64,000 nucleotides of DNA from an uncultured virus (IMG/VR IMGVR_UViG_3300045284_000309) (IMGVR_UViG_3300045284_000309), one strand, 5' to 3'. Positions 1 through 9,575 are shown, numbered from the stretch's first letter. The notes: generated by a model from the letters alone, not told the origin. Translations and numbers: made by a program.

Positions 1-2998
1 CCGACCTGTCCTGAGGAGCGAGACAATGGAATTTCACTCCGTTCTCGTCCACCATCTCAAACAGCCACGTCTTCACGCTTGCCCACGGTGACGCCTTCAG
101 TTCCAGTTTGATGCCTTCCGGAATCCAGAACAGCTTCGACACGGAGACGCGACCTACGACCGGCTCCAATCCTTTTTCACGGCCGAGATGCCGCCAGCCC
201 GAGTCTGAGCTTCGTGCCCCTGTGTGCTTCGGCTTGACATCCTTGAAAATCTGTGGCTTCTTCAGCGTGAATCCCAGCGCCTGAAATTGGACTAGATCCG
301 CGTCGTCGGCCCGCTTGACACCGAAGGACTCGAAAGCGCCAAGCTTGCCGAGATTCTCAAGCCGAGTCACATTGAGCGAGCGCCGTGTCGTACGATCTCT
401 GAAATCATCAAGCGACTGGAACGGCTGTCCCTGGAGGATCTCGTTGACGGCCACCGGGCCAAGACCATGAATCTTGCCAAGCCCGACACGAATCCCTCCG
501 GTCTTGTCGATACCGAATCCAGCACCGGATCGGTTGATATCCGGAAGAATGAAATTGTACCCTTCTGCCCTGGCTGCTGCGAGGTACTGCGAGCGCTCCG
601 GGTAGTGATCGAGCAGGGAGGCGAAGAATTCTGCCGGGTAGTGACACTTGAGATAGGCGATCTTGCCCGCTAGGACGCCATAGGAGGCCGCGTGTGCCCG
701 GTTGAAGCTGTAGCCACTGAATTCCCTCACCTGATCCCAGAAGACGCCTGCATGCGCTCCTACGGTCTTCTGGGCGGCTTTCATGAAATCAGGCTCGATA
801 GCCGAGAATGCTTCTTTGGCCCCACGGCCGACACCTTTGGCTTTTTTGATCGCCTGGTAGATGTCATCGACCCCGCCATCATCCATTCCGACCGCGTAGC
901 CAATTTCCATCGCCTGTTCCTGGAAGATCGGTAGCCCTTCTGTCGGCCCCAGGATCTTCTCCAGCATCGGATGCGGGTACGTGACAATTTCACCGCCCTG
1001 TCTCCGCTGGACGTAGAGCTTCGCCTTGTTGCTCCGTGTGTTGGCAGGACGGTAGAGGGCGGCGGCGAGAACAAGATCGTAGACATTTTCAGCTTCCATC
1101 TCTACGATCCCTTTGCGGACTTCCTTGCCCTGAAGCGTGTGAATTCCATCGACCTTCCCGGCTCGGATCATCTCGTACGTCGGCTCATCATCCGTGGTCA
1201 GGTCGAAGAATTCCAGCGGCGACTTCCCGATCATTTTCAAAACATCCGCCGCGATATCGAGCGCAGTGAGTCGAAGGAAATCCCCCTTGACCAGGCCGAA
1301 GTCTTCCAGCGACTTGTAATCGAACTGAGTCACGAGCTTGCCGCTCGACGCGATTAGGTACATGGGCACCCATTGCTTGAGTGGCCGCTCCGGTGTGCCG
1401 AAGGCCCAGGCACAAGCATGCTGTGAAATCGACTTGATGGAATCGAAGATCGAAGACGTGATCTCATATAGCTCCGGGTAGTCTTGGCTGAGAGCTTGAA
1501 ATACGTCCGTATCCTCGTCAACCATTCCCGAGTCGATCATCTGCGGGAGAAGCTTTGAAATCTCGTCCTGCTCCTCCTTGTCGATTCCAAGGGCCGACGC
1601 AGCCATGCGGAAGGCAGAGCGATTGGCGGCTGTTCCGTAATTACAGATCTGCTCGACCTGGCCCTTGCCGACCAGTGGCTCCATGTGCTCCTGCACGATC
1701 CGCATGAAATCCTCGTACCGGCTCGGCTGGATATCGATGTCGATGTCCGGGAGCTTCTTCCTGGCCGGATTGAAAAAGCGCGAGAAGATCAGATCGTGCT
1801 CGATGGGATCTATCTCATGGATTTTCAGGCAGTAGCAGAGGAGGCTCGATGCCGCCGACCCTCGCGTCCAAGTCAGTATCCCCATCTTCCTCGCCGCGAT
1901 GATGAAATCTGAAATCAGCAACAGGTAGTGAGCGAAGTCACCGATGGCCTCGATCTCGTACTCAAAACGCTCGCGAGCTTTTTCACCGTGCTTGTCGATC
2001 ATCTCCTTGAGCCGCGCCTTGCTGCGCATCCTCATCCGCTTCATCGGATCGTCGTAGCCCGAGAACGGAATCGAGTAACTGAAATTGTCCAGCGGGTCGA
2101 GAACGATGTTTACCTCGTTGACGATCTCCTCGATGTTCGTCAGAGCTTCGGCCGGTGCATCGATCTTCTCCATGCTGCGCATGTAATTTCCGAAGTAGAG
2201 ATAGTCCTTGAGATACGACGCCGAGAGAGTCTCGCTTGATCCAGTGAAATCGTCTCTCGATCTCCAGGCGGACGCCTTCATCGCTATATGCGCCTTGCGG
2301 TCTGAAATCGTCTGCATGTGCGAGTCGTTCGTAAGGATCAGCGGCGTGTCTGTCACCTTGGCCAGTCCGATCAACTGGCCACGGACAACTTCCTCGCGCT
2401 CGATCATTTCACAGTACGCAGGAAACGACTCGTCATAGCACTTCGGGATCAGGTGATTCTGGATCTCGACGTAGAAATTTGGGAACACAGATTTCATTGC
2501 CTCGATGTAGCCCACGGCCAGGTTGGGCATGTCCCGTAGAAGGACTTGATTCAACTCTGAGCCGAGACAGCCGGAAAGGACGACGTTATGGTGCATTGGC
2601 CAGGGTGCGATCTCCAGCATCCTAAAAACGGAGATACGCGGCTTCCTGTAGAAATTCTCCCGCTGCATTGCCTCGGTGCTCCAGGCCACGAGATTCTCAT
2701 AGCCCTCACGAGAGAGCGCCAGCACGGTCAGGTGAAATTGCTCAGGCATCAGGTCTTTGCCTTTTTCACCCATCGCCCAATCGGGAGTGACGTAAAGCTC
2801 ACAGCCGAGAATGGGCTTGATCTTTTCAGCCTTCGCCGCCTTGTAGAGCGCAGGAGCGGACATGAGCGTCCCGTGCTCTGTCAACGAGACGGCCGACCAT
2901 TTCAGATCCTTGGCCCGCTGCACGACGGCCTTGGGCGAACCGAACCCGTCCAAAAGTGAAAAAGTGGAATGGCAATGAAGGTCAATGTAATTTGTCAT
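1..2998 (-). CDS. dnaE: DNA polymerase III alpha subunit (3' end outside window)
   Basis: Translated by hand from ATG at 2998: MTNYIDLHCHSTFSLLDG (PHP domain), TRGSAASSLLCY, catalytic PDIDID, ALYRP, IFQEQ, GYSFNRAHAASY, HhH GLGP. No stop in the segments read; absent from the ORF track, as expected for an ORF running off the edge. Confidence 0.97.
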   Translation of the reverse strand, partial: MTNYIDLHCHSTFSLLDGFGSPKAVVQRAKDLKWSAVSLTEHGTLMSAPALYKAAKAEKIKPILGCELYVTPDWAMGEKGKDLMPEQFHLTVLALSREGYENLVAWSTEAMQRENFYRKPRISVFRMLEIAPWPMHHNVVLSGCLGSELNQVLLRDMPNLAVGYIEAMKSVFPNFYVEIQNHLIPKCYDESFPAYCEMIEREEVVRGQLIGLAKVTDTPLILTNDSHMQTISDRKAHIAMKASAWRSRDDFTGSSETLSASYLKDYLYFGNYMRSMEKIDAPAEALTNIEEIVNEVNIVLDPLDNFSYSIPFSGYDDPMKRMRMRSKARLKEMIDKHGEKARERFEYEIEAIGDFAHYLLLISDFIIAARKMGILTWTRGSAASSLLCYCLKIHEIDPIEHDLIFSRFFNPARKKLPDIDIDIQPSRYEDFMRIVQEHMEPLVGKGQVEQICNYGTAANRSAFRMAASALGIDKEEQDEISKLLPQMIDSGMVDEDTDVFQALSQDYPELYEITSSIFDSIKSISQHACAWAFGTPERPLKQWVPMYLIASSGKLVTQFDYKSLEDFGLVKGDFLRLTALDIAADVLKMIGKSPLEFFDLTTDDEPTYEMIRAGKVDGIHTLQGKEVRKGIVEMEAENVYDLVLAAALYRPANTRSNKAKLYVQRRQGGEIVTYPHPMLEKILGPTEGLPIFQEQAMEIGYAVGMDDGGVDDIYQAIKKAKGVGRGAKEAFSAIEPDFMKAAQKTVGAHAGVFWDQVREFSGYSFNRAHAASYGVLAGKIAYLKCHYPAEFFASLLDHYPERSQYLAAARAEGYNFILPDINRSGAGFGIDKTGGIRVGLGKIHGLGPVAVNEILQGQPFQSLDDFRDRTTRRSLNVTRLENLGKLGAFESFGVKRADDADLVQFQALGFTLKKPQIFKDVKPKHTGARSSDSGWRHLGREKGLEPVVGRVSVSKLFWIPEGIKLELKASPWASVKTWLFEMVDENGVKFHCLAPQDRS

Positions 2999-3389
2999 AC
3001 CACTCCGGATCATCAAGCTCGTTATGGCACAGCCTACACAATTCAGCAAAATCACTGAAGTCAGTCAGGTAGACGCCTGAAATATTGGCCCACTCAGTTT
3101 CCCCTTCACGGCCGCATGCAGAGCATTGACCCGACTTTTCATGGTGCTTCCAGAGCCGCCAGTGAAGGCCCATGTAGCCAACGTCCTCTCCCTTCCAGTG
3201 AAAACTTTTCTCGCCACTATGCGCCGCGCCTATTTTCTCTCGTACCTCTGGCAAGCGAGCATGGTGACCACGTACGAACCGAAGTGGTTTTCCTTTTACC
3301 CACCCCTTTGACCTGTTCGTACGTGGTGCCACCGGAGCAGCTTCACCACACCCGCATTCACACAATTTCAGGTCAATCAGGCTGGACAT
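2982..3389 (-). CDS. Free-standing HNH-like endonuclease (CECGCG / NUMOD3-like family), copy 1
   Basis: CECGCG, REKIGAAHSG, CSACG..EWANISG..ELCRLCH; paralogous to 4768-5118 and 29359-29763. Confidence 0.75.
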   Translation of the reverse strand: MSSLIDLKLCECGCGEAAPVAPRTNRSKGWVKGKPLRFVRGHHARLPEVREKIGAAHSGEKSFHWKGEDVGYMGLHWRLWKHHEKSGQCSACGREGETEWANISGVYLTDFSDFAELCRLCHNELDDPEWYDKLH

Positions 3390-3573
3390 ATTCCAACCTT
3401 ACATGCCGCCAGTAACCTTCGATCACCCAGCGACTTTCAATTTCATAGTCAATCATTCTCAGGGCTTCCTCCACACGCCCCGATGCGAGAGTGGCACGGA
3501 TTGCTTCCAAGCTCCGAACTGACCCCGGCTTGGGCACGACAATCCCTCCAATGATCCGCGCCGATCTCGGCAT
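3373..3573 (-). CDS. Hypothetical protein
   Basis: 66-aa ORF abutting its neighbours in the operon. Confidence 0.6.
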   Translation of the reverse strand: MPRSARIIGGIVVPKPGSVRSLEAIRATLASGRVEEALRMIDYEIESRWVIEGYWRHVRLEYVQPD

Positions 3574-3891
3574 TTACAGGCTTGCCACCCAGCGAAGCAC
3601 TTCCCGCTCGTTTTCCAATTTCACGAGCACCGGCCCGCGAACCCGTTTCCGTACCTCGATGCCGGGATCGGGCCTGAGGACGCCGTAGAGATAAAATTTC
3701 CGGCCGTCCTCCAGTACAACGTAATTGCTGTTGACACCGCCGAGACGGGAACCCCACGAATGAGAGAACCCGCTACCGGCCAGTGCGTACAGCAACGTCT
3801 CGAAAAGAGGCTTGAGCGGCTTGCCATGATGCTCCAGCGCATATTTCACACGGAGCATTGCCCGCCATGCCTTCGGGTTCTTGCTGCTCAT
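3574..3891 (-). CDS. Hypothetical protein
   Basis: Start MSSKNPK overlaps the upstream stop (ATGA). Confidence 0.65.
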   Translation of the reverse strand: MSSKNPKAWRAMLRVKYALEHHGKPLKPLFETLLYALAGSGFSHSWGSRLGGVNSNYVVLEDGRKFYLYGVLRPDPGIEVRKRVRGPVLVKLENEREVLRWVASL

Positions 3892-4148
3892 GCCGCGATC
3901 CTCAGTATTCCTTCGGCCTTGGCAATTTCCCATTCGACAATCGCCCTGGCCCACTCGATTTTCATTGCGCCGGTAAGCGCATCACGAGTGCGGGTGCCCT
4001 TCTGCTGCGCTACGAGAGTGCAATAGCCCGCAGAAATATGTACTGGAAAGACTGTAAATCCCCAATCCTCACTGAGGATTTTGCACCGTGCCCGCAGACC
4101 GGGCATGTCATCCTTCCACGTCCCAGATGAACGCAGTCTATCCTTCAT
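3888..4148 (-). CDS. Hypothetical protein
   Basis: ATGA-coupled to the HU gene. Confidence 0.6.
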   Translation of the reverse strand: MKDRLRSSGTWKDDMPGLRARCKILSEDWGFTVFPVHISAGYCTLVAQQKGTRTRDALTGAMKIEWARAIVEWEIAKAEGILRIAA

Positions 4149-4486
4149 GCCGCGATCCTCTTGCGCAGCCGCTGCACCGTGGGCGCTGCTTCCTTGAGCG
4201 CCTTGGTCGCAGTCAATTTCACACGGACGGAGGCAGGCTTCGCAGAAACCTCTACCTCCTCGCCTGTCGCCGGATTGCGACCCATGCGCTTCTTCGTGGC
4301 CTTTTTCAGAGCAGGCTCGATGATCAAGCCCGCGAGCTTCGTGCGCTTACAGTCGCCCAGGTTGGAAACTACGACATCGTTGAGCGCAATCAACATGACG
4401 CGGATTTCAGACTTGGTGTAGCCCGTCTCCCAGGCGAGCTTATCGACAAGCTCCGTCTGGGTCACCATCGGTAGCGCCATTTTCAT
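4145..4486 (-). CDS. hup: HU/IHF-family DNA-binding protein
   Basis: TQTELVDKLA...RMGRNPATGEEVEVSAKP...KALKEA HU signature. Confidence 0.93.
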   Translation of the reverse strand: MKMALPMVTQTELVDKLAWETGYTKSEIRVMLIALNDVVVSNLGDCKRTKLAGLIIEPALKKATKKRMGRNPATGEEVEVSAKPASVRVKLTATKALKEAAPTVQRLRKRIAA

Positions 4487-4686
4487 TCTCCTCGCTTGTA
4501 GTAGTAGGATGGGAACAGACTGAGTTGCTTGGCGTGACTTTGATTTCCCTTACTGGCCTCGCTCAGTTTCCGGCGATGCTCGTACGACTTGGCAACGCCC
4601 TTGTGGGCCTCACTGATTTTCCGCTTTGTCTCGTCAGTGTGTTTCATGAGAAAAGAGTAATGGGCCTGGTTGCCCAAGCCCATCAC
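4483..4686 (-). CDS. Small NUMOD3-repeat protein (possible homing endonuclease remnant)
   Basis: KHTDETKRKISEAHKG and YEHRRKLSEASKG NUMOD3-like repeats; no nuclease domain. Confidence 0.7.
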   Translation of the reverse strand: MMGLGNQAHYSFLMKHTDETKRKISEAHKGVAKSYEHRRKLSEASKGNQSHAKQLSLFPSYYYKRGE

Positions 4687-4692
4687 CCCCCA

Positions 4693-4768
4693 AGCGCTCC
4701 TACCTCGCCCCGGCTACTTACGCGCTTTCACCGGGTCGAACCACCCTTCCCATAGCCCTTGGAGCGCT
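4693..4768 (-). ncRNA. Candidate small structured RNA element
   Basis: Outer stem AGCGCUCC/GGAGCGCU; inner stem CCCGGU/GCCGGG with a GAA/AGUA loop-E-like motif; fills an intergenic gap. Confidence 0.4.
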
Positions 4769-5118
4769 CAAGCTGTTGAAAAACTGTCAAATTCACTGTG
4801 GCAGGGCTTGCACATTTCCGCGTAGTCGTCAAGATCACGCAGGTAGGCACCTGAAATATTCGCCCACTCCGTATATCTCGCTCGACCGCACACTGCGCAC
4901 CTGCCTGTCTTCTCCTTGCTGTAGTTGACCCAAACATGAAGCTGGCGATATTCAACTTCATCACCTAGCCACCGTGGATGATTTTCTCCTGTCCGTTGAA
5001 ATTGTCGAAGGTGATGAAATCTGACGAACCGAAGCGGCTGGCCCTTGATCTGACCATCCGCCGCGTGAGTGCGGGTCGCTAATTTCGTCTCCTGGCCGCA
5101 CCCGCACTCACACAACAT
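4768..5118 (-). CDS. Free-standing HNH-like endonuclease, copy 2
   Basis: MLCECGCG...KTGRCAVCG..TEWANISG..EMCKPCH. Confidence 0.75.
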   Translation of the reverse strand: MLCECGCGQETKLATRTHAADGQIKGQPLRFVRFHHLRQFQRTGENHPRWLGDEVEYRQLHVWVNYSKEKTGRCAVCGRARYTEWANISGAYLRDLDDYAEMCKPCHSEFDSFSTA

Positions 5119-5124
5119 TTTCAG

Positions 5125-6240
5125 CTACTTCTTGGTAGTGCGAGGCCGACCGCGAGAGGCTTTCGGCTTGATGGCTGTAATTATCCAGTCGCCCTCGTCA
5201 TCCTTCGCTGCATCGACCACGACAATTACACCCTTCTTGATCTTGTCGTAGTCAACCTCGATGCCGTCACCGAGCCACATCTTCACCGAGCCGTCGTCGT
5301 TCTTGAGGTTGAAGATTTCATCGCGGCGCTGGATGGAGACGATCTCGTAGACGCCAGCCGCGATTTCATCGGCCTCGTCTTCGTCTTCCTCGTCTTCATC
5401 CTCGTCTTCGTCTTCATCCTCGTCTTCGTCTTCGTCGGTGATTTCATCCTCGTCGTCGTCTTCGTCCTCGTCGTCCTCGTCGTCGTCTTCGTCGTCCTCG
5501 ACTTCTGCCTCGTCCTCGATTTCATCCTCGTCGTCTTCGTCCTCGTCGTCGTCTTCGTCTTCCTCGACGGCGGGCTTGCCACGGCGGGTTTTCGTCTTGG
5601 TCGCGGTCGCAGTCGTCGTCTCCTCGTCTTCATCGTCGTCCTCGTCTTCCAGGAGATCGATGGCCTTGAGGCGCTCCAACTGGCGGCGAAGCTGCGAGAG
5701 GACAAGCCCCTCCAGACCCTTGCCCTGGAGAATTTCCTTCTCCAGCCTCGCGAGCAGAGAGGAAGTCTGCTTCGCGGTCAGCTTCTTGTCCGGTAGCACC
5801 TTGACCTTGTAATTCCCACGGTCGTCCAGGCGCTTGATCCGGATTTTCTTGCCGAGAACACCATCCTCCTCCTCGGACTCGTCTGTAATGTCCTCGATGG
5901 TGCCGTAGTTCATCGTGAAAAGCTTGATCTGCTCCTTCACGTCTGCCGCCTCCGGGAAATACCATGCGGTCAACGCACGAGTGGAGGGGTTGTCGTTCGC
6001 GGCGCAGAACGGGCAATCTTCACCCGCACACGGCACGTACGTATTTCCCTGCTGATCCCAATGGTCGTAATACTCCAGGTAGCCGGGATTGTTTTCAGCC
6101 TCGGGGTCAGGCTCGAAAAGCGCCACGCCCCGGAAGCTCTCGTCCTGCTTGAGCCGCATGAAAACTGACGGCCGCTTGCGATCTTCCTTGGATTTCACCA
6201 TGCGAATCCGCATGGACGGCTGCTTACGCCTTGTAGCCAA
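5125..6240 (-). CDS. ssDNA-binding protein-like (Zn-binding) with long acidic tract and C-terminal beta domain
   Basis: Probable TTG start at 6240 after GAAGGAG; H..CAGEDCPFC motif; long D/E tract; lies next to primase and helicase. Confidence 0.65.
   Translation of the reverse strand: MATRRKQPSMRIRMVKSKEDRKRPSVFMRLKQDESFRGVALFEPDPEAENNPGYLEYYDHWDQQGNTYVPCAGEDCPFCAANDNPSTRALTAWYFPEAADVKEQIKLFTMNYGTIEDITDESEEEDGVLGKKIRIKRLDDRGNYKVKVLPDKKLTAKQTSSLLARLEKEILQGKGLEGLVLSQLRRQLERLKAIDLLEDEDDDEDEETTTATATKTKTRRGKPAVEEDEDDDEDEDDEDEIEDEAEVEDDEDDDEDDEDEDDDEDEITDEDEDEDEDEDEDEDEEDEDEADEIAAGVYEIVSIQRRDEIFNLKNDDGSVKMWLGDGIEVDYDKIKKGVIVVVDAAKDDEGDWIITAIKPKASRGRPRTTKK
5368..5650. repeat. Low-complexity GAC/GAG/GAA codon run encoding poly-Asp/Glu
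   Basis: tcgtcttcgtcctcg iterations on the + strand. Confidence 0.9.
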
Positions 6241-7324
6241 ACTTACTCCTTCCTTCGTCGGTCGAAACGTACGGACTGCGAGCCAGTGTATCATCCCTGG
6301 GCCGATTCCGCAACCCTGATTTTGCAGGCTTCTTTCGGATCTTCTCGCGCCAGAGAACCGCAGGTATAGCACGTTGTACGGCCCTGTGCGCCTGTCTGCC
6401 GGTCAACTCGGCCGGATCTGACTTCCCGGCAGGGTAGCGGCAGATGAACAGCGGATACCGTCTAAGCTTGTTTGATGCTATTTCAATGTTTTTGATCCCG
6501 CTGAGATCCTTGTCGTACATGAGGTACACACGTCGCGGGCGCAAGCTGGAGAGAATCCTCACCTGGGCATCCGAGATACCCGTTCCAAGGATCCCGGCGA
6601 CCGGAATACCGTGCTGGCTGATCGCGATTACATCGAGCGATCCCTCCACGAGCACGATATCCTGCCCCATGCGAAGCTTGTCGGCCCCGAAAAGAATCTC
6701 GGTTTTCACTGCACCCTCGGAATAGAGATATTTCGGATGCTGCGACGGCAAGACTGCTCGCCTGATTAGAAACTTGAGCTTGCCGTTTTCATCATGGGCA
6801 GGAATGATGATCCGCTTCTCCTCAGAATCCCAACCAAATCCCCAGAGTGAAATACTGTTGCTGGAGATTCCACGGCCCGCTAGATACTCCTGGCCCACTT
6901 GCGGCAGGTATGTGTCGTAATCGAGGGAAATGTGCTTCTTCTTCCGTGGCACACGAGCCATCTCACGCCGTGAAAATCCGGTAGCACCTTTGAGGATGAC
7001 CTTCTTGGCCTCGCGGTGCGCTCGATTCGTACGGCGCACCCGCTCCTGCCGGTTGGGAGACTTGTCTACCTGAAATTTGTCGTAGATCCCTTCCACAACG
7101 CAGATGGCATGTTCGTACGTCCCTGAGATCCCGCAGTCTGAAAAACAATGCACGAGCGGATGCCGAAGGTTGACCTGAAACGCGGGCGAGCGATAGTTGT
7201 CATGGGCAGGGTGCGGACAATGCACGAGTGGCGCAAACTCCTCATCCCTGCCCATGTGCGTCGGAAACTCCACGTAGCTCGACCAAAACGCTACCGGGTC
7301 GATGTTGCGGCCGTGAAAGTTCAC
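6224..7324 (-). CDS. dnaG: DNA primase (Zn finger + TOPRIM)
   Basis: CPHPAH..HCFSDCG, PKYLYS, LVEGSLD, YDKD..G, KSDPAE. Confidence 0.92.
   Translation of the reverse strand: MNFHGRNIDPVAFWSSYVEFPTHMGRDEEFAPLVHCPHPAHDNYRSPAFQVNLRHPLVHCFSDCGISGTYEHAICVVEGIYDKFQVDKSPNRQERVRRTNRAHREAKKVILKGATGFSRREMARVPRKKKHISLDYDTYLPQVGQEYLAGRGISSNSISLWGFGWDSEEKRIIIPAHDENGKLKFLIRRAVLPSQHPKYLYSEGAVKTEILFGADKLRMGQDIVLVEGSLDVIAISQHGIPVAGILGTGISDAQVRILSSLRPRRVYLMYDKDLSGIKNIEIASNKLRRYPLFICRYPAGKSDPAELTGRQAHRAVQRAIPAVLWREKIRKKPAKSGLRNRPRDDTLARSPYVSTDEGRSKFGYKA
6285..6313 (-). promoter_or_regulatory. Promoter for the SSB-like gene with CCCAGGGATGA spacer box
   Basis: TTGCGG-17 nt-TACACT; spacer nearly identical to the one at 60881-60897. 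Confidence 0.65.
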
Positions 7325-7647
7325 TTGCCGTTGCCCTTCAGTAGAATTTCACGACCAAGCACTTCCGGATCCCGATTGTCTCGCCGGTCGGGAGTGCTGT
7401 TGTCGAACGTCATCGGCTTTTCACGAGGTATTTGGCCAAAAACCTCCCTAAGCTCGCGCTCCAGTGGTGAGAATTTCGCGGAGTCGAAATCACGAGCATG
7501 CGGCAGTGAGCGCCAGCCTTGACGACGGCTGTTGTGCTTGACGCAGATGAGAAATCCATCCCGGTCTGTGCCGACTTCTTTCCACCAACCGAGATCCTCG
7601 ACCGCTATGTCATCCTCACAGCCGCATATGAATTTCACCCGTGTCAT
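7321..7647 (-). CDS. Hypothetical protein
   Basis: Coupled ORF containing Cys/His residues. Confidence 0.65.
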   Translation of the reverse strand: MTRVKFICGCEDDIAVEDLGWWKEVGTDRDGFLICVKHNSRRQGWRSLPHARDFDSAKFSPLERELREVFGQIPREKPMTFDNSTPDRRDNRDPEVLGREILLKGNGK

Positions 7648-7889
7648 TCGTCGTCTCCTCGCTTGATCTTGTCCCAGGCGGTCGTGTCACCTATGCGGAT
7701 CCGGATTTCAGGATCGCCAGGCTTGCGCTTCTCGACGCGGAGCTTGTCGTCCTCGACCACCAACTGCTCGTGCAGCCGAACCTCCACGTTTTCAACGCCC
7801 GTCTCCGTGCTCAACCGCTGGATCTGTTGTGTCTGTTCCTGCGGAATCGGATTGGGCTTGCTGAAATCTCTGACTTCGCCAGTTCCCAT
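7644..7889 (-). CDS. Hypothetical protein
   Basis: GGGGGTG RBS; coupled to the downstream ORF. Confidence 0.65.
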   Translation of the reverse strand: MGTGEVRDFSKPNPIPQEQTQQIQRLSTETGVENVEVRLHEQLVVEDDKLRVEKRKPGDPEIRIRIGDTTAWDKIKRGDDE

Positions 7890-7902
7890 GATTCACCCCC
7901 TC

Positions 7903-9255
7903 TCAAGAGTACGTGTCATTTTCATTGTCCAACTCCTCGGCAAGCTTCACGGCAGCTTCTGGATCGAACCCTCTCGCGTATTCGTCCTGAAGCGGAGTCA
8001 CATCCTGGAGGATGCCGTGATTTGGCAAGAATTTCGCAACGAACCGGAAACGATCTCCGTAGCGGTTCTTCGTACATGAAAACTTGAGGATGTGATCGTC
8101 AGAGAAGTGCCTCACTCCGACTACCACGTCCGCTTCCTGTACCGGCGTATCCGAGCCGTAGCTGGAATTCATCGAGGGAGCATCGTCTTTTGCTCCGACC
8201 ATTGCCCGGTTTGCCTGGTTGGAGAGCACGACGGGCACGTTGAATTCGTGAGCTATGTCCACGAGTCCGTCTGTGATTTCAGAAAGCTCCTCCCAGCGCG
8301 TTCCTCTGCGTCTTGGTGGAGAGAGCTTGTAAACCGGGTCGATGATTATGAGATCGGCACCGACTTCCTTGGCCCGGTTCTTGATGTAATTTATCGTCAT
8401 CTTCTCACGCCGGTACTTCTGTGTGAAAAGAACGATCTCCCCTTGCTGCTCCGACCACCATTGCAGGAAGCGCTTGTAATTCTTGAGATTGAACCCACGT
8501 CCTTCACGCAGAGCGCGGTTCCTGAATGGCTCTTTGAAGCCGAGAGCTTCCTGCACTTCTTCCTTGGCCGAGAGGAGTGTATGAAATCTTGCGTAGTGCT
8601 GATGCTCAGACATCTCGGGTGAGAACACGACGGCTCTGTAGCCGTGCCAGGCGCACTCGACGGCAAGCTGTGCGAGTGAAAATGATTTCGCATCTCCAGG
8701 CCGACCGAGGTACAGATGGGCCGTCTCCCCCTGGAGTCCTCCCCAATGAAGATCGAGATGTGCCAGCCCTGTGGGAATTCCCGGAATATCTCCGTTGTCC
8801 CGAAGGATAGAAAGATTTTTCATCCGGTTGTAGTGATCCTCCCAGCCAGCTTTGATGAGAACCTCCGAATGAACGCCAGCAGAACGCTGAACCTGCTCCA
8901 GAATTTCACTCAATTGCGCAGATTTTTCCAGAGCATTGTCCGGTTCTAGCGGTTCTTCTCCTCCCAGCATTTCATCGATGGCAGAGGATATGGCTACGTA
9001 CGCTCGTTCCTTCTTGAATTCTGAAATCAGGTCTGAGAGTGACTCATCCGCAGTGATGTAGTCAAACTCCGGAAATTTCTGCTTGAAGAAAAGTGGTGTA
9101 ATCGGCTGTTTGCTCTCGACTCTCTCGATCATCCAGGCGAATTCTTCGTCAAAAACCTCGAAATCGTCCGGAGAGAGATTCTCCTCGAAAGCTTTTTTCA
9201 AGGATCCTTCCTGCACGAGACTCGCAATAAGGAAGCTCTCGTAACTCAATTTCAT
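7903..9255 (-). CDS. dnaB: DnaB-like replicative helicase
   Basis: GIPTGL..LD, Walker A GRPGDAKS, SPEMS, IIIDP, SNQANR, QEADVV, KNRYG. Confidence 0.95.
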   Translation of the reverse strand: MKLSYESFLIASLVQEGSLKKAFEENLSPDDFEVFDEEFAWMIERVESKQPITPLFFKQKFPEFDYITADESLSDLISEFKKERAYVAISSAIDEMLGGEEPLEPDNALEKSAQLSEILEQVQRSAGVHSEVLIKAGWEDHYNRMKNLSILRDNGDIPGIPTGLAHLDLHWGGLQGETAHLYLGRPGDAKSFSLAQLAVECAWHGYRAVVFSPEMSEHQHYARFHTLLSAKEEVQEALGFKEPFRNRALREGRGFNLKNYKRFLQWWSEQQGEIVLFTQKYRREKMTINYIKNRAKEVGADLIIIDPVYKLSPPRRRGTRWEELSEITDGLVDIAHEFNVPVVLSNQANRAMVGAKDDAPSMNSSYGSDTPVQEADVVVGVRHFSDDHILKFSCTKNRYGDRFRFVAKFLPNHGILQDVTPLQDEYARGFDPEAAVKLAEELDNENDTYS

Positions 9256-9546
9256 CGCCCCCTATCCATATAGGAAGGAGAGGAGGAGGAGTATCGCGCA
9301 GAACCACCCCTTAGAGAGTTATGTGAATTTCTGTTTTTATTACTCTTACTGTGCAGGGAAGAAAGAAGCATGTAAGCAGGGAGGATGTAAACAAGAAACA
9401 TAATCCCTGCAACTATGGAGATACGATCTTCCTCTTGTAAGGAGCTAGCAGAGGATCGCGCACACGATCCCAGCATATCCTCATGGACTCGGTTGAAATT
9501 CATCTGGGCGAAGCACCTTTCTCTGTCGGTTTCACATCATCGGATG

Positions 9547-9575
9547 AAAAAGACAGGAGGGTCTTTCGACCCTCC
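9547..9575 (-). terminator. Intrinsic terminator ending the late/lysis transcript
   Basis: GGAGGGTC-GAAA-GACCCTCC followed by TGTCTTTTT on the - strand. Confidence 0.7.

Noticed and set aside
408..2959. Many short ORFs in the track over the first 3 kb
   Set aside because: They are antisense or out-of-frame shadows of the dnaE frame (2998 to <1).
1..2998. Intein or intron in dnaE
   Set aside because: Domain motifs follow at normal spacing in one frame, and no splicing motifs were seen in the segments translated.
5283..5812. Poly-Ser and Thr/Lys/Arg-rich ORFs
   Set aside because: They are alternative frames of the Asp/Glu codon run in the SSB-like gene.
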